Shown: positions 8,850 to 23,307, counted from the stretch's first letter. The stretch is DNA of 64,000 nucleotides from an uncultured delta proteobacterium (GCA_963745025.1 CAVUWD010000020.1:128001-192000); one strand, 5' to 3'. Made by a program: numbers and translations. The notes: generated by a model from the sequence alone, not told the origin.

Positions 8850-10133
8850 GTGATCGAGAAGGCGGTCATTCTATCAACCGGCGACGAGCTCACCTCCGGC
8901 CTCACCGTCGACACCAACTCCAACTTCCTGGCGGACAAGCTTTTCGAGAGCGGCGTCGACCTCGTGGCGGTCCTCGTCGTCGGCGACGATGCAGAGCGCA
9001 TCCGCTGGGCATTCGCGAGCGGCCTCGATCGGGCTGACCTGGTGATCGCTACCGGCGGTCTCGGCCCCACCGCGGACGATCTGACGACGGAGACCCTGGC
9101 CGCCACCCTCGGCCGCAAGCTCTACTTCGACGAGGAGTCTGCCGAACACATCCGTGCGCTCTTCCGCTCGATCGGTCGCACGATGCCGGAGAACAATCTC
9201 CGCCAGGCGGCGTTCCCCGAAGGGGCGGCGATCCTCGCCAACCCTCTCGGTACGGCACCGGGCTATCGCGTCGAGGTCGAGTGGAAGGGTCGAACCCGAT
9301 TCGTCGTCGTCATGCCCGGCGTGCCCCGCGAGATGAAGCCGATGATGGAGACGACGGTCCTGCCGTGGATCCGCAGCCTCGACGAGACGGGTCTCGTCTA
9401 CCGGAGCCGAAGCTTCCAGACCTTCGGTGCGAGCGAATCCGCGCTGGACGAGATGATGAAGGGCGCGGTCTCGCCGGAAGAGGGACGGCTGTCGTTCCGC
9501 GCCGCCTTCCCGCAGATCAGCGTACGCGTGACGGCTCACGGCTTGCCGGGCGAAGTCGACGAGAGGCTCGCGCATCTCGGCGAGCGCGTGCGAGCGCGGA
9601 TCGGCGATTACGTCTTCGGCGAGGGCAGCGCGACCATGGAAGGGGTGGTCGAGGATCTGCTTCGCGCGCGCGGCTGGAAGCTCGCCACGGCCGAATCGGT
9701 GACGGGCGGTCTGGTCTCTCAACGACTGACCAACGTGCCCGGAAGCTCTCAAGTCTTCGCGGGCGGGCTCGTCGCGTACACGCTCGAGACGAAGCAGGCG
9801 GTGCTCGGGGTCCCTCGCGAGACGCTCGAACGTCATGGGGCGGTGAGCGACGAGACCGCCAAGCAGATGGCCGCCGGAGCGCGGCGGGCTTGTGGCGCCG
9901 ACCTCGCAGTTTCGGTCACCGGTGTGGCCGGTCCCGACGGCGGGACGCCGCAGACCCCGGTCGGCACCGTTTACATAGGCTTCGCCGCGGACGGGATCCT
10001 AGTCTCTCGCCGCTACCAGCTCTGGGGCACGCGCGACTGGATTCGGCTGCTCGCCTCGCAGATCGCCCTCGACTGGGTTCGCCGGCATGCGCTCGGGCGC
10101 CGCCCCGAGGAATCGCTGCTGATCCGCAAGTAG
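8850..10133 (+). CDS. cinA: Competence/damage-inducible protein A (MoCF-like domain plus PncC NMN deamidase)
   Basis: STGDEL, GGLGPTADD, PGVPREM, ATAESVTGG, VTGVAGPDGG; GGAGG RBS before GTG 8850. Confidence 0.95.
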   Translation: MIEKAVILSTGDELTSGLTVDTNSNFLADKLFESGVDLVAVLVVGDDAERIRWAFASGLDRADLVIATGGLGPTADDLTTETLAATLGRKLYFDEESAEHIRALFRSIGRTMPENNLRQAAFPEGAAILANPLGTAPGYRVEVEWKGRTRFVVVMPGVPREMKPMMETTVLPWIRSLDETGLVYRSRSFQTFGASESALDEMMKGAVSPEEGRLSFRAAFPQISVRVTAHGLPGEVDERLAHLGERVRARIGDYVFGEGSATMEGVVEDLLRARGWKLATAESVTGGLVSQRLTNVPGSSQVFAGGLVAYTLETKQAVLGVPRETLERHGAVSDETAKQMAAGARRACGADLAVSVTGVAGPDGGTPQTPVGTVYIGFAADGILVSRRYQLWGTRDWIRLLASQIALDWVRRHALGRRPEESLLIRK

Positions 10134-10160
10134 CCGAACCCTGGCCACCGACGAACGCTC

Positions 10161-10721
10161 ATGATTCGCGCCTTCCTCGCCATCCGCCCCACCGACGACG
10201 TGATCGGCCGTTTGATCGAGATCGAGTCCGAGTTTGCCGACGTCGGCGCCGACGTGCGTTGGGTCTCGGCGGAGACGATGCATCTGACGATCCAGTTCCT
10301 CGGCGAAGTTCGAGAATCCGAGATCCCGGAGATCGAGCGCGGGCTCCGGCAAGCTCTCGGCGCGCTTTCTCCGTTCGAGATCGAGTGCCGCGGCCTCGGT
10401 GTCTTCCCCAACCAGAAGCGCCCTCGGGTGGTGTGGGTGGGGCTTCACGGCGCCGGTATCGCCACGCTCGCGGAAAGTGCGGAGATCGTGCTTTCGCCGC
10501 TGGGATTTCCCCCGGAGGAGCGTGAGCTCACGCCGCACATCACGATTGGCCGGGTGCGCTCGGCGCGGGGATGGGAGGGTCTCGCGCGGCTTCTCAAGGC
10601 GAACGCTGACCGGAGCTTCGGCGTGAGCCTCATCGATCGCATCACGCTCTACCGGAGCCAGCTGCGTCCGGATGGCGCGGTCCACACGCCCCTCGTGAAA
10701 TTTCCTCTCGCAGGTGGTTGA
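10161..10721 (+). CDS. thpR: RNA 2',3'-cyclic phosphodiesterase
   Basis: Two HxT motifs (MHLTIQFLG, PHITIGR); lies between cinA and recA. Confidence 0.93.
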   Translation: MIRAFLAIRPTDDVIGRLIEIESEFADVGADVRWVSAETMHLTIQFLGEVRESEIPEIERGLRQALGALSPFEIECRGLGVFPNQKRPRVVWVGLHGAGIATLAESAEIVLSPLGFPPEERELTPHITIGRVRSARGWEGLARLLKANADRSFGVSLIDRITLYRSQLRPDGAVHTPLVKFPLAGG

Positions 10722-10838
10722 AACGTGCCGTTTCGCGGCGTTGCGATCGCCCACGCGAGCCTTTCGGCGGCACCGTCTTGCCCTTATAATCACCACCAAC
10801 ACGATCCCTGTCGGGAGCGGATTGGAATGGAGCGGAAC

Positions 10839-11912
<1,074 letters not shown>

Positions 11913-11939
11913 CGAGCGCCCTAGAGACGGAGGAGCAAC

Positions 11940-13100
11940 GTGGATCTAAACGGTATCCTGCACCAAGCCATCGAACGCGGAGCATCCGACGTGCATCTGA
12001 AGATCGGCATGCCGCCGACGATTCGCATCCACGGTATCCTCTACCCCCTCGAGGAATCCTCGCCACTCACGCGCGAGGACATGGCGGCGATTCTCGACAT
12101 GCTTCTTGACGAGCACCACCGCGAGCGCTTCCGAAGCCGCATGCAGGTCGACCTCGCCTACCAAACGACGGAGGCGACGCGTTTCCGCGTGAACGTCTTC
12201 CTGCAGCGGGGGGAACCGTCGGTCGCGATGCGGGCGATCCCCGCGCGCATCCGTACGGTCGAGGAGCTGCGCCTGCCGGCGATCGTCAACAAGCTCGCGC
12301 TGGAGAATCGCGGCTTGATCTTGGTGACGGGAACCACCGGAAGCGGCAAGTCGACGACCCTCGCCGCCATGGTCGGCCACATCAACGAGAACTGCTCGAA
12401 CCACATCATCACGATCGAGGACCCGATCGAGTACACGCACGAAGACATCCGCTCGATCGTCTCGCAACGGGAGCTCGGCTACGACGTCACGACCTTCGCC
12501 GACGGCCTGAAGGCCGCGCTCCGGCAGGACCCGGACGTGATCCTGGTCGGCGAGATGCGTGACCTCGAGACGATCGAGACCGCGATCCTCGCTGCCGAGA
12601 CCGGACACCTGGTGCTGTCGACGCTGCACACGCTGGACGCGACGGAAACGATCACGCGAATCGTCTCCAACTTCCCCGAGCACCAGCGCGAGCAGATCCG
12701 GCTCATTCTCGCGAATATCATCCGCGGCATCCTCAGCCAGCGGCTGATGCCGCGTGCCGACGGCCAGGGCATGGTGCCGGCGTGCGAAGTGATGGTGTCG
12801 ACGGCCCGGATCCGCGAATGCATCGCCTCGAAGGAGAAGACGCCCGAGATTCGCGATGCGATCGCGGTCGGGCATTCGAGCTACGGGATGCAGACTTTCG
12901 ATCAGTCGCTGATGGCGCTCTACCGGCGCGGCCTGATCACCTACGAGGAAGCGCTCGCCCAGTCTTCCAACCCCGACGACTTCGCGCTGAAGGTTCGCGG
13001 CGTCGCCTCGACGAGCGACCGACGCTGGGAGGACTTCGAGCGTGCCCCGCAGGACGAAGAGGCCGAGGGGCCGGAGCGGCTGAAGATCGACCGTTTCTAG
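11940..13100 (+). CDS. pilT: Type IV pilus retraction ATPase, PilT/PilU family
   Basis: ASDVHL, GTTGSGKST, TIEDPIE, ALRQDPDVILVGEMRD, AETGHLVLSTLHT, GMQTFDQSL. Confidence 0.93.
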   Translation: MDLNGILHQAIERGASDVHLKIGMPPTIRIHGILYPLEESSPLTREDMAAILDMLLDEHHRERFRSRMQVDLAYQTTEATRFRVNVFLQRGEPSVAMRAIPARIRTVEELRLPAIVNKLALENRGLILVTGTTGSGKSTTLAAMVGHINENCSNHIITIEDPIEYTHEDIRSIVSQRELGYDVTTFADGLKAALRQDPDVILVGEMRDLETIETAILAAETGHLVLSTLHTLDATETITRIVSNFPEHQREQIRLILANIIRGILSQRLMPRADGQGMVPACEVMVSTARIRECIASKEKTPEIRDAIAVGHSSYGMQTFDQSLMALYRRGLITYEEALAQSSNPDDFALKVRGVASTSDRRWEDFERAPQDEEAEGPERLKIDRF

Positions 13101-13213
13101 GGAACGTTTCGCAGCTTGTGCCAGTTTTCTCTCCGCCCGCCGCGACTGCACGGTTTCGGCGGCCGAAAACCGCACAAACTTCGAAACGTCCCCGACTGAG
13201 TCGCGAGGAGGCC

Positions 13214-13636
13214 ATGGATCTGGCCTTCCGCATGTTGGCGCGCCGGGGCCGGAGCGAGGCCGAAATCGCCGGCGCTCTGAAGCTCCGCGGCGCGTCGGCA
13301 TCGCTCGTACGCGGAGTGCTGGGGAGGCTTCGCACGCTTGGCTATGTCGACGACCACAAATTCGCCGCCGAATGTGCCGAACGATGGAAGCAACGCGGCT
13401 TTGGCTCTCTCCGCATTCAGGATCAGCTCCGCAAGCTCGAGGTCGAGGAAGGAATCGCCGAGAGCGTGAGCCCGGACGCTCGCGAGGAGCGAGAGCTGGC
13501 GCGCGGAATTCTCGCCCGACACTTCGACCCGGCGGATCTCGCCGAGCGGCGCGGGCAGGCGCGTGCCGCGCGCTTTCTCGCGGGGCGGGGCTTTGCGGCA
13601 GAGGTCATCGACAGCCTCTTCGATGTATGGGAATAA
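13214..13636 (+). CDS. recX: Regulatory protein RecX
   Basis: [27 protein letters not shown]; GAGGAGG RBS; follows recA-pilT. Confidence 0.88.
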   Translation: MDLAFRMLARRGRSEAEIAGALKLRGASASLVRGVLGRLRTLGYVDDHKFAAECAERWKQRGFGSLRIQDQLRKLEVEEGIAESVSPDAREERELARGILARHFDPADLAERRGQARAARFLAGRGFAAEVIDSLFDVWE

Positions 13637-13646
13637 GGAAGGCTTG

Positions 13647-16308
<2,662 letters not shown>

Positions 16309-16312
<4 letters not shown>

Positions 16313-17379
16313 GCGACGACGGATCGACCGAGCTCACATTCGACGATCAACGGCTGATCCATCAGGTCGCCGGCCAGCAAGACGAGCACCTGCGCGCTCT
16401 CGAGCGCCTGCTCGGCGTGCGCATCGCCTCCTCGGCGGGGATGATCCAGATCCAGGGCGACGCCGTGCAGCGCGAGCTCACCAGCCGCGTGGTAAAGCAG
16501 CTCTACGGTCTTCTCGAGAAGGGCTATCCGGTCTATCCGAGCGACGTCGAGTACGCGGTGCGCATCCTCTCGAGCGATCGCGGCGCGAACCTGCGCGACA
16601 TCTTTCTCGACACCATCTACATCTCCGCGCACAAGCGGGTGATCACGCCGAAGAGCCTCAACCAGAAGGTCTACATCGACGCGATCCGCGGCCACGACAT
16701 CGTGTTCGGGATCGGGCCGGCGGGAACGGGCAAGACGTTCCTGGCCATGGCGATGGCCGTCGCTGAGCTCACCAAGAACAACTACGCGCGGATCATCCTC
16801 GCACGTCCCGCCGTGGAAGCGGGGGAGAAGCTCGGCTTCCTCCCCGGCGATCTCGCGGAGAAAGTGAACCCCTATCTGCGCCCGCTCTACGACGCGCTCC
16901 ACGACATGGTCGACTTCGACCGCGCGCGCAAGATGATCGAGCGCGGCACGATCGAGGTCGCACCGCTGGCGTTCATGCGCGGGAGAACGCTGAACGATTC
17001 GTTCGTCATCCTCGACGAGGCGCAGAACACCACGAACGAGCAGATGAAGATGTTCCTCACGCGGCTCGGCTACGGTTCGAAGGCGGTGGTGACCGGCGAC
17101 GTCACGCAAATCGACCTGCCGGCCGGCAAGTCGTCGGGGCTGAAGCACGCGGTGTCGATCCTCGCCGACATCCGCGGCATCCGCTTCATCTACTTCAACG
17201 AGAAGGACGTGGTGCGCCACCGTCTCGTGCAGGACATCATCTCGGCCTACGAGCGCGCGGGCGCTGCCGAAGCGGAAAACCGTGGGGAGGGCGCGAATGG
17301 CGGTCCTCGTGTCGGGAACCATCTCCGCGAAGGGGATCGACCGTCGAGTCCTCGGCCGGAAGGCGAACGTCGTTCTTGA
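16309..17379 (+). CDS. phoH: PhoH-like ATPase
   Basis: GPAGTGKT, RPAVEAGEKLGFLPGD, APLAFMRGRT, DEAQN. Confidence 0.95.
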
Positions 17380-17815
17380 GGCGCTCGATCTCGGCGCGTC
17401 CGAGCTGAGCCTCTCGCTCGTCGACGATGCCGAGATCCGCCGGCTCAACCGCGACTATCGCGGCAAGGACCGACCGACGGACGTGCTGTCGTTTTCGCTC
17501 CGCGAAGGCGAGTTCGGGCACGTCTCGAGCGCACTCGGCGATGTCGTCATTTCGCTCGAGACGGCGAAACGCCAAGGGCGTGAGCACGGCTCGACGCTCG
17601 GCGAAGAAGTGAACCGGCTCCTCGTCCACGGCATCCTCCATCTGGCTGGATACGACCACGAGATCTCCTTCCGCGAGGAGCGGCGAATGAAGCGCAAGGA
17701 ACGGGAGATGCTGCGGCGGATCGCAGAATGGTGTATGCGAGAGAAGATGGCTTCGAAGCGGTGCTCGACGCGCCCGAAGCGGCGAAGAAAGGATCTGCAT
17801 GTTCTCGGTAGGTGA
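17297..17815 (+). CDS. ybeY: rRNA maturation RNase YbeY
   Basis: LNRDYRGKDRPTDVLSF and HGILHLAGYDH. Confidence 0.93.
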   Translation: MAVLVSGTISAKGIDRRVLGRKANVVLEALDLGASELSLSLVDDAEIRRLNRDYRGKDRPTDVLSFSLREGEFGHVSSALGDVVISLETAKRQGREHGSTLGEEVNRLLVHGILHLAGYDHEISFREERRMKRKEREMLRRIAEWCMREKMASKRCSTRPKRRRKDLHVLGR

Positions 17816-18903
17816 GATTCGCGACAAGCTCCTCGAGCTCGAGAAGCGTATCCACACGCTCGGGAGGCATCTTTGACGTCACGAGCCTGGAACGTCGGGC
17901 GGCGGAGCTCGCCGAGAAGAGCGCCGCGCCGGATTTCTGGCAAAGCCCGGACAACGCACAGAAGCTCCTGAAGGAGCGCTCGGTACTGCAGTCCACGCTC
18001 GATGCGTGGAAGCGTCTCAGCGGTGGTCTCGGCGACGGCAAGGTCTTTCTCGAGATGGCCGCCGAGGGGGACGAGGAAGGACGAACCGAGGCCGAGTCCA
18101 AAGCGCTCGAGATCGAACAGTTCCTCGGCGAGATGGAGCTCCGCCAGATGCTCGGCGGCGAGCACGATGCCGGCAACGCGATCGTCACGGTGCATCCCGG
18201 TGCGGGCGGCACGGAAGCGCAGGACTGGGCGGAGATGCTGCTCCGCATGTACCTTCGTTGGGCGGAGCGGCGCGGATTCAAGGCCGAGCTCGTCGACGTG
18301 CAGCCCGGGGAGGGCGGCGGGATCAAGAACGCGACCTTCACCGTGGAGGGGCTGTACGCGTACGGTTACCTGCAGGCCGAAGGGGGCATCCACCGCCTGG
18401 TGCGCATCTCGCCGTTCGACGCCAACGCGCGCCGGCATACTTCGTTTGCCTCGGTGTTCGTCTATCCGGAGATCGAGGACGAGATCGAAGTCGACATTCG
18501 CGACGAGGATCTGCGGGTCGACACCTACCGCTCGAGCGGTGCGGGGGGGCAGCACGTCAACAAGACCGACTCGGCCGTGCGCCTCACCCACCTCCCGACC
18601 GGCATCGTCGTCGCCTGCCAGAACGAGCGATCGCAACACAAGAATCGCGCGATGGCGATGAAGATCCTGCGGGCGAGGCTCTACGAGCTCGAGATGGAGA
18701 AGCAGCGGGAGAAGATGACGGAGCTCACCAAGGACAAGAAGGACATCAGCTTCGGCAGCCAGATCCGCTCGTACGTGCTGCACCCCTACCGGCTGGTGAA
18801 GGATCTCCGCACGGGTGTCGAGGTCGGTAACACGGACGCCGTGCTCGACGGCGACATCGATCGGTTCATTCAGGCGTATCTTCTGAAGAAGATCGCGGCG
18901 TAG
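17799..18903 (+). CDS. prfB: Peptide chain release factor 2 with programmed +1 frameshift
   Basis: [25 protein letters not shown], then GGGAGG-CAT-CTT-TGA-C; SPF and GGQ motifs in the +1 frame. Confidence 0.97.
17862..17877 (+). promoter_or_regulatory. prfB ribosomal frameshift site (internal SD plus CTT TGA C)
   Basis: GGGAGGCATCTTTGAC is the canonical RF2 autoregulatory signal. Confidence 0.95.
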
Positions 18904-19059
18904 AGAGGCATCCCGCTCATGCTGAGCCCGTCGAAGCATGGGCACGCCGCGAGCCGCACGACGCGCCGAGGTTCCGCTCATCGCGCTTCGTGCACCCGAC
19001 ACGCGGCGACCGTCGCGCCGCATTCGCGTCTTTCCAAGCGGTTGCAGCCGGGTCCGGGC

Positions 19060-19815
19060 TCACGCCTCGACTTTGGGTGCGTCTTTGGCCGTGCGCGGTG
19101 CGAGGTCCGAGGCGGGGACGCAGAGGATGCGCTGGCAGCTCGGGCAGAAGACGATGTCCGAATTGCGGTGGATCTGCGTGATGAGCTGGGGCGCAACACG
19201 CATTCGGCAGCCGCCGCAGTCGCCTTCCTTCCGCACCTCGACGACCGCCAGCCCGCCTTTGCGCTCGAAGATCAGCTCGTACCGTCTTCGCAGGCTCTCC
19301 TCGAGCTCCTCGGCGATCCGGGTGCGCTCGGCGGTGAGCCGCTCGAGATCGGCGGCCAATGCAATGCTCCGCTCGGCGTGCTCGTGCTCGCGCTCGGCGA
19401 GCTTCTGCTCAGCAGCGGTGAGCTCCTCCTCGAGCCTCTTCAGCTCTGCCACCTTCGAATCGCCGCCATCGAGAAGGCGGAGCAAGCTCTCCTCGAGCTG
19501 CGTGGAAAGCTCCTTGCTCACCTCGACCTCGCGCCGCAGCGCCGCGAGCTCCTTCTCGTTGCGGATTCGCTGCATCCGCATGCGCCGGTCCTTGGTCTTC
19601 TCTTCCTCGTCGCTGATCCTCGCTTCGATGTCGCGGCTCTGACGCTCGAGCTCCGCCATCTCCTGGCGCTTGGCTTGCGTGACCGATCGTTTGGTGCCGA
19701 CCTCGGTCTTCAGCTCCGAAGCCGCCCCTTCGAGGGCTGAGAGCTCGAGCCGCAGAGCGCGAAGCTCGGTGTCGACGTGTTGGAGTGCGTAGAGCCGTTC
19801 GATGGGGCTAGCCAA
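19060..19815 (-). CDS. Coiled-coil C4-type zinc ribbon protein (DUF164/CT398-like)
   Basis: Long coiled coil, then CGGC...CPSCQRIL; TTG start with a GAGGA RBS. Confidence 0.9.
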   Translation of the reverse strand: MASPIERLYALQHVDTELRALRLELSALEGAASELKTEVGTKRSVTQAKRQEMAELERQSRDIEARISDEEEKTKDRRMRMQRIRNEKELAALRREVEVSKELSTQLEESLLRLLDGGDSKVAELKRLEEELTAAEQKLAEREHEHAERSIALAADLERLTAERTRIAEELEESLRRRYELIFERKGGLAVVEVRKEGDCGGCRMRVAPQLITQIHRNSDIVFCPSCQRILCVPASDLAPRTAKDAPKVEA

Positions 19816-19837
19816 TCCTCGTCCTCGACACACGGAA

Positions 19838-19911
19838 TGGGCCCACCAGGATTCGAACCTGGGACCAACCGGTTATGAGCCGGTCGCTCTGACCAGCTGA
19901 GCTATGGGCCC
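19838..19911 (-). tRNA. tRNA with CAT anticodon, most likely tRNA-Ile2 (lysidine)
   Basis: GGGCCCATAGCTCAGCTGGTCAGAGCGACCGGCTCATAACCGGTTGGTCCCAGGTTCGAATCCTGGTGGGCCCA; usual position downstream of the dnaG operon; CCA not encoded. Confidence 0.93.
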
Positions 19912-20192
19912 GAGTGAGCCCTGGGGCTATTTGCGGCGGGTTCGGCGTAACGGGTTTTCTTAGCACGGCGATTCGAGAACTCCTAGAGGACCCCCTCATT
20001 CGCTCGCGCCGGGAACGACCTCCGGCGGATTCCAGGACTCCCTCCCACGCTCGTGCGGCTCCACGCGAAATCCGCGACGGAGGGATCCACAGCGGTGCGC
20101 GAAGTCGAAGCCCAGCGGACGCGGGAACGCGAGCGACTGGGGGACGAGCTCGGCGAAGACCTGCTTTCCACGCAGCGGCTCGGCATCGCCGC

Positions 20193-20654
20193 TCAAAGCT
20201 CCCGGCTCATGCGCCGGTGCGGGATTCCCGCCTCGACGTAGGGATCGCCCTCGACGCGAAAGCCGGCGTGCTCGTAAAAGCCGACCACGTATTCCTGCGC
20301 GGAGAGCTCGGCTCGGCGGGGCCCACTCTGGCGGGCGAGCTCGAGCGCGGCCTCGAGAAGCCGTCTGCCGACGCCGAGGCGACGCTTCGGCGCGAGCACT
20401 GCCATACGCCCGATCTTCACGGCCGTTGCCCTGGCGAGTGATACCGGCCGATGCTCGGCGTCGAAACCGACGATGCGCACCGTACCGACGGCCGTCCCGC
20501 CGTCCCACGCGAGCAAGTGCCAGGCGATGTCGTCGAGGCCATCCCGCTCGATTGCGTCGGCGATCCCTTGTTCGCCGACGAAGACTCGTTCGCGGATCCG
20601 CCACGCGGCGAGACGCTCTTCGGGAGATTCGGCCTTGCGGACGACGATGCTCAC
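20193..20654 (-). CDS. GNAT family N-acetyltransferase (ElaA/YjcF-like)
   Basis: IRERVFVGEQG, KIGRMAV, RRLGVG, LSAQ, EAGIPHRRM. Confidence 0.9.
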   Translation of the reverse strand: MSIVVRKAESPEERLAAWRIRERVFVGEQGIADAIERDGLDDIAWHLLAWDGGTAVGTVRIVGFDAEHRPVSLARATAVKIGRMAVLAPKRRLGVGRRLLEAALELARQSGPRRAELSAQEYVVGFYEHAGFRVEGDPYVEAGIPHRRMSREL

Positions 20655-22399
20655 GTCGCCGGCTCCGTTCGCGGCTTGGCGGCGGAGAGCTTCAGCTTCT
20701 CGGCGAGGAGCGCCCGCAGTGCTGCCGCGTCTCCGCGGCTCTCCGCCTCGCGGATCTCCTGCGTGAGCGCGCGCAGGCGAGCTTCTCGAGACCGCTCCAC
20801 GAGTCGCGCCACGCAGTCTTCGAGCATCTGCTCGGGCGCTGCGTAGACCTCTTGCTCTCCGAGCCAGGCGCGCGCGACGCGGTCGGCCGCCTCGCGCGGC
20901 AGCTCGCGAACGAGCTCCGTCGGCTCGCCGTCGCAGATGCGGGCGAACAACGCGCGCGCCTCTGCGCTTGCGAAAAGGTCTTCGGCGGACGGCGGTAGTC
21001 GGCGCCGCAGCTCGCGGTCGATCAAGAGGAGCTCGAGGATCCTGAGCTCTTGGGTCGAGAGCGAGACCAGCGGCGCCGACGACGGGGCGGCTCGCGCGGG
21101 GAGGGGGTCCGGCACGAGCCGCACCGCGCTTCGCCGCTGCAGCTGCTCTTCCGGCAGACCCAGGTACTCCGCGGCGCGCCGACGCAAGAGCCCCGTGAAG
21201 ATCGGATTCTCAAACCTCTCGCAGAGCGCGGCGACCTCCTGTGCCGCGCGCGCCCGAGCAGCGAGCGATGCGTCGGGCGCCGCGAGCGAATGCAGGTAAT
21301 GATCGATGAGCGGCGAGGAGCGCGCCAGGATCACTTCCATCGCGGGAGCACCCTCCTGGCTCACGAACGTGTCGGGGTCGTGTCCCTCGGGGAGAAACGC
21401 CGCTTCGGCGAAGATGCCGACCTCGGCGAACACCGTGAAGGCACGCGCCGCCGCGGCAACTCCGGCTCGGTCGCCGTCGAAGAGCACGAGGAACTCGTCG
21501 GTGAAGCGCTTCAGCAGCCGGATCTGATCGCTCGTCAGCGACGTGCCGAGCGGCGCGACGACGTTGCGAATCTCCGCCTGCGCGAGGGCGATCACGTCGA
21601 CGTACCCTTCGACGAGCACGACGCGCCGCTTTTCGTTGATCGCATCCCGAGCCGCCGCCAGGCCGAACACCGAGCGCCGCTTCTGGAAGAGCGAGGACTC
21701 GGGGGAATTGAGATATTTCGGCTGTCCCTCGACCGACGCGAGCAGCCGACCGCCGAACGCGATCGTCTTGCCGGAGAGGTCGGTGATCGGGAACATGAGC
21801 CGGCTGCGGAAGCGATCGAACCAGCCGCCGCCGCGCGTCGACTTGCCGATCAGTCCGAGGGACTCTGCGTCCTCGAGCGGCGCCTTGACGTTCTCGAGCG
21901 CGCGCGCGAGGCCGTCCGGTGGTGCGTAGCCGAGACCGAACGCTCGAGACGTGTCCTCGCGGATCTTCCGCCGCGCGAGATAGTCGCGCGCCGGCGCGCC
22001 CGCAGGACTCTCCCAGAGCGCGCGCTGGAAGAATTTCATCGCAAACGCGTTGACCCGCAGCAACCGCTCGCGCCCTTGCTCGCGACGCTCCTCGGCCGGC
22101 CGCTTCGGCAGCTCGACCCCGGCCTCGCGTGCCAGGCGCTCGAGCGCCTCCGGGAAAGTCAGGCTGTCCTTGAGCATGAGAAACTTGAAGACGTCGCCGC
22201 TCGCCTGGCAGCCGAAGCAGTAGAACAGCCCGCGCTCCTCGCTCACGCTGAAGGACGGCGTCTTCTCCGAGTGGAAGGGGCAGAGCCCCTGGTGATTGCG
22301 CCCCGTGCGCTTGAGCGCGGTATAGCGCGAGACGAGCTCGACGATGCTCGTCCGCTCGCGGACCTCGGCGATCTTGTCCTCGCCGACCCGTCCGCTCAT
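20651..22399 (-). CDS. dnaG: DNA primase
   Basis: CPFHSEKTPSF zinc finger, KYLNSPE, VEGYVDV, FDGDRAG, DPD. Confidence 0.97.
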   Translation of the reverse strand: MSGRVGEDKIAEVRERTSIVELVSRYTALKRTGRNHQGLCPFHSEKTPSFSVSEERGLFYCFGCQASGDVFKFLMLKDSLTFPEALERLAREAGVELPKRPAEERREQGRERLLRVNAFAMKFFQRALWESPAGAPARDYLARRKIREDTSRAFGLGYAPPDGLARALENVKAPLEDAESLGLIGKSTRGGGWFDRFRSRLMFPITDLSGKTIAFGGRLLASVEGQPKYLNSPESSLFQKRRSVFGLAAARDAINEKRRVVLVEGYVDVIALAQAEIRNVVAPLGTSLTSDQIRLLKRFTDEFLVLFDGDRAGVAAAARAFTVFAEVGIFAEAAFLPEGHDPDTFVSQEGAPAMEVILARSSPLIDHYLHSLAAPDASLAARARAAQEVAALCERFENPIFTGLLRRRAAEYLGLPEEQLQRRSAVRLVPDPLPARAAPSSAPLVSLSTQELRILELLLIDRELRRRLPPSAEDLFASAEARALFARICDGEPTELVRELPREAADRVARAWLGEQEVYAAPEQMLEDCVARLVERSREARLRALTQEIREAESRGDAAALRALLAEKLKLSAAKPRTEPAT

Positions 22400-23019
22400 C
22401 CGGGGTTTGCTCCCGCCGACTTGCCGCGCGGGGGGGGCGGTGTCGGAGTGCCGGACGGTTTCGGAGTGATGAAGCGGTTCAGCGCCTCGCGCGCCTCGAG
22501 CTCCATCTTCGAGTAGGGACGCTGCCAGCTCCCCTTGACGCCAGCGGAGACCCGCGCGATCGCGAATACGTTCCATCCCTCCTCGACCATTGCCGAGAGC
22601 ATCGGCGAGTCCCGCACGCGTTCGGCGAGATCGGGGAGGCCACGGCGCGACGTCACCAGCATGCAGAACAGTGCGCTCATCGCGATTGCCTTCACGCCGC
22701 CGAACACCAGCCCGCCGGCCCGGTCGACCGGCCCGAGGAACATCGCGCGCGCGAGTCGGTAGAGGATCCAGCCGAGGAGCTGGCATCCGAGATAGAGCGC
22801 GGCGAAGATTCCGAGAGCCGCCAGCGTCTGGCCGATCGCCAGCGGCAACATGTACCGGGCGCTGACGACTGGACCGTAGATCGGCCCGAAGAGGTAGGCC
22901 GCGACGCCGGCGCCGAGCCAGGCGGCGAGACCGAAGAGCTCGCGAAAGAGGCCTCGGAAGTAGCCGCGGATGCCGAGGAGGAGAACGAGGGCCAGAACGG
23001 CGAAGTCGAGCAGGTTCAC
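22396..23019 (-). CDS. cvpA: CvpA (colicin V production) family membrane protein
   Basis: MNLLD...GYFRGLFRE and VDRAGGLVFG motifs. Confidence 0.88.
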   Translation of the reverse strand: MNLLDFAVLALVLLLGIRGYFRGLFRELFGLAAWLGAGVAAYLFGPIYGPVVSARYMLPLAIGQTLAALGIFAALYLGCQLLGWILYRLARAMFLGPVDRAGGLVFGGVKAIAMSALFCMLVTSRRGLPDLAERVRDSPMLSAMVEEGWNVFAIARVSAGVKGSWQRPYSKMELEAREALNRFITPKPSGTPTPPPPRGKSAGANPG

Positions 23020-23043
23020 CGCTCTGGGCCCATTCGCGTAAGG

Positions 23044-23241
23044 TCAGTGAAAGCTACGGCTCGCTCGCCGGAGCGCGCGCTTCTTGGCAGCGAGCGCCTT
23101 CTTCTTCTTGCGCACGCTTGGCTTCTCATAATGCTCCCGCTTGCGCAGCTCGGCGAGGATACCCGCCTTTTCACACTGCTTCTTGAATCTACGAATCGCG
23201 CTTTCGATCGGTTCGTTTTCTTTGACCCGAACACCGGGCAT
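23044..23241 (-). CDS. rpsU: 30S ribosomal protein S21
   Basis: [48 protein letters not shown]. Confidence 0.98.
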   Translation of the reverse strand: MPGVRVKENEPIESAIRRFKKQCEKAGILAELRKREHYEKPSVRKKKKALAAKKRALRRASRSFH

Positions 23242-23307
23242 CGACGACTTCACCTCCCTCCCGCATTCCCATGGTCCGATCTTTCGGACCCTTGAGAGGA
23301 ATTTCGT

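Noticed and set aside
10722-10838. LexA/SOS box upstream of recA
   Set aside because: TATAAT is present at 10785-10790, but I see no match to any LexA consensus I can name.
11940-13100. pilT between recA and recX as an unusual insertion
   Set aside because: This order is familiar from Deltaproteobacteria-like genomes.
17799-17877. prfB internal stop as a novelty
   Set aside because: Canonical, well-known RF2 +1 frameshift.
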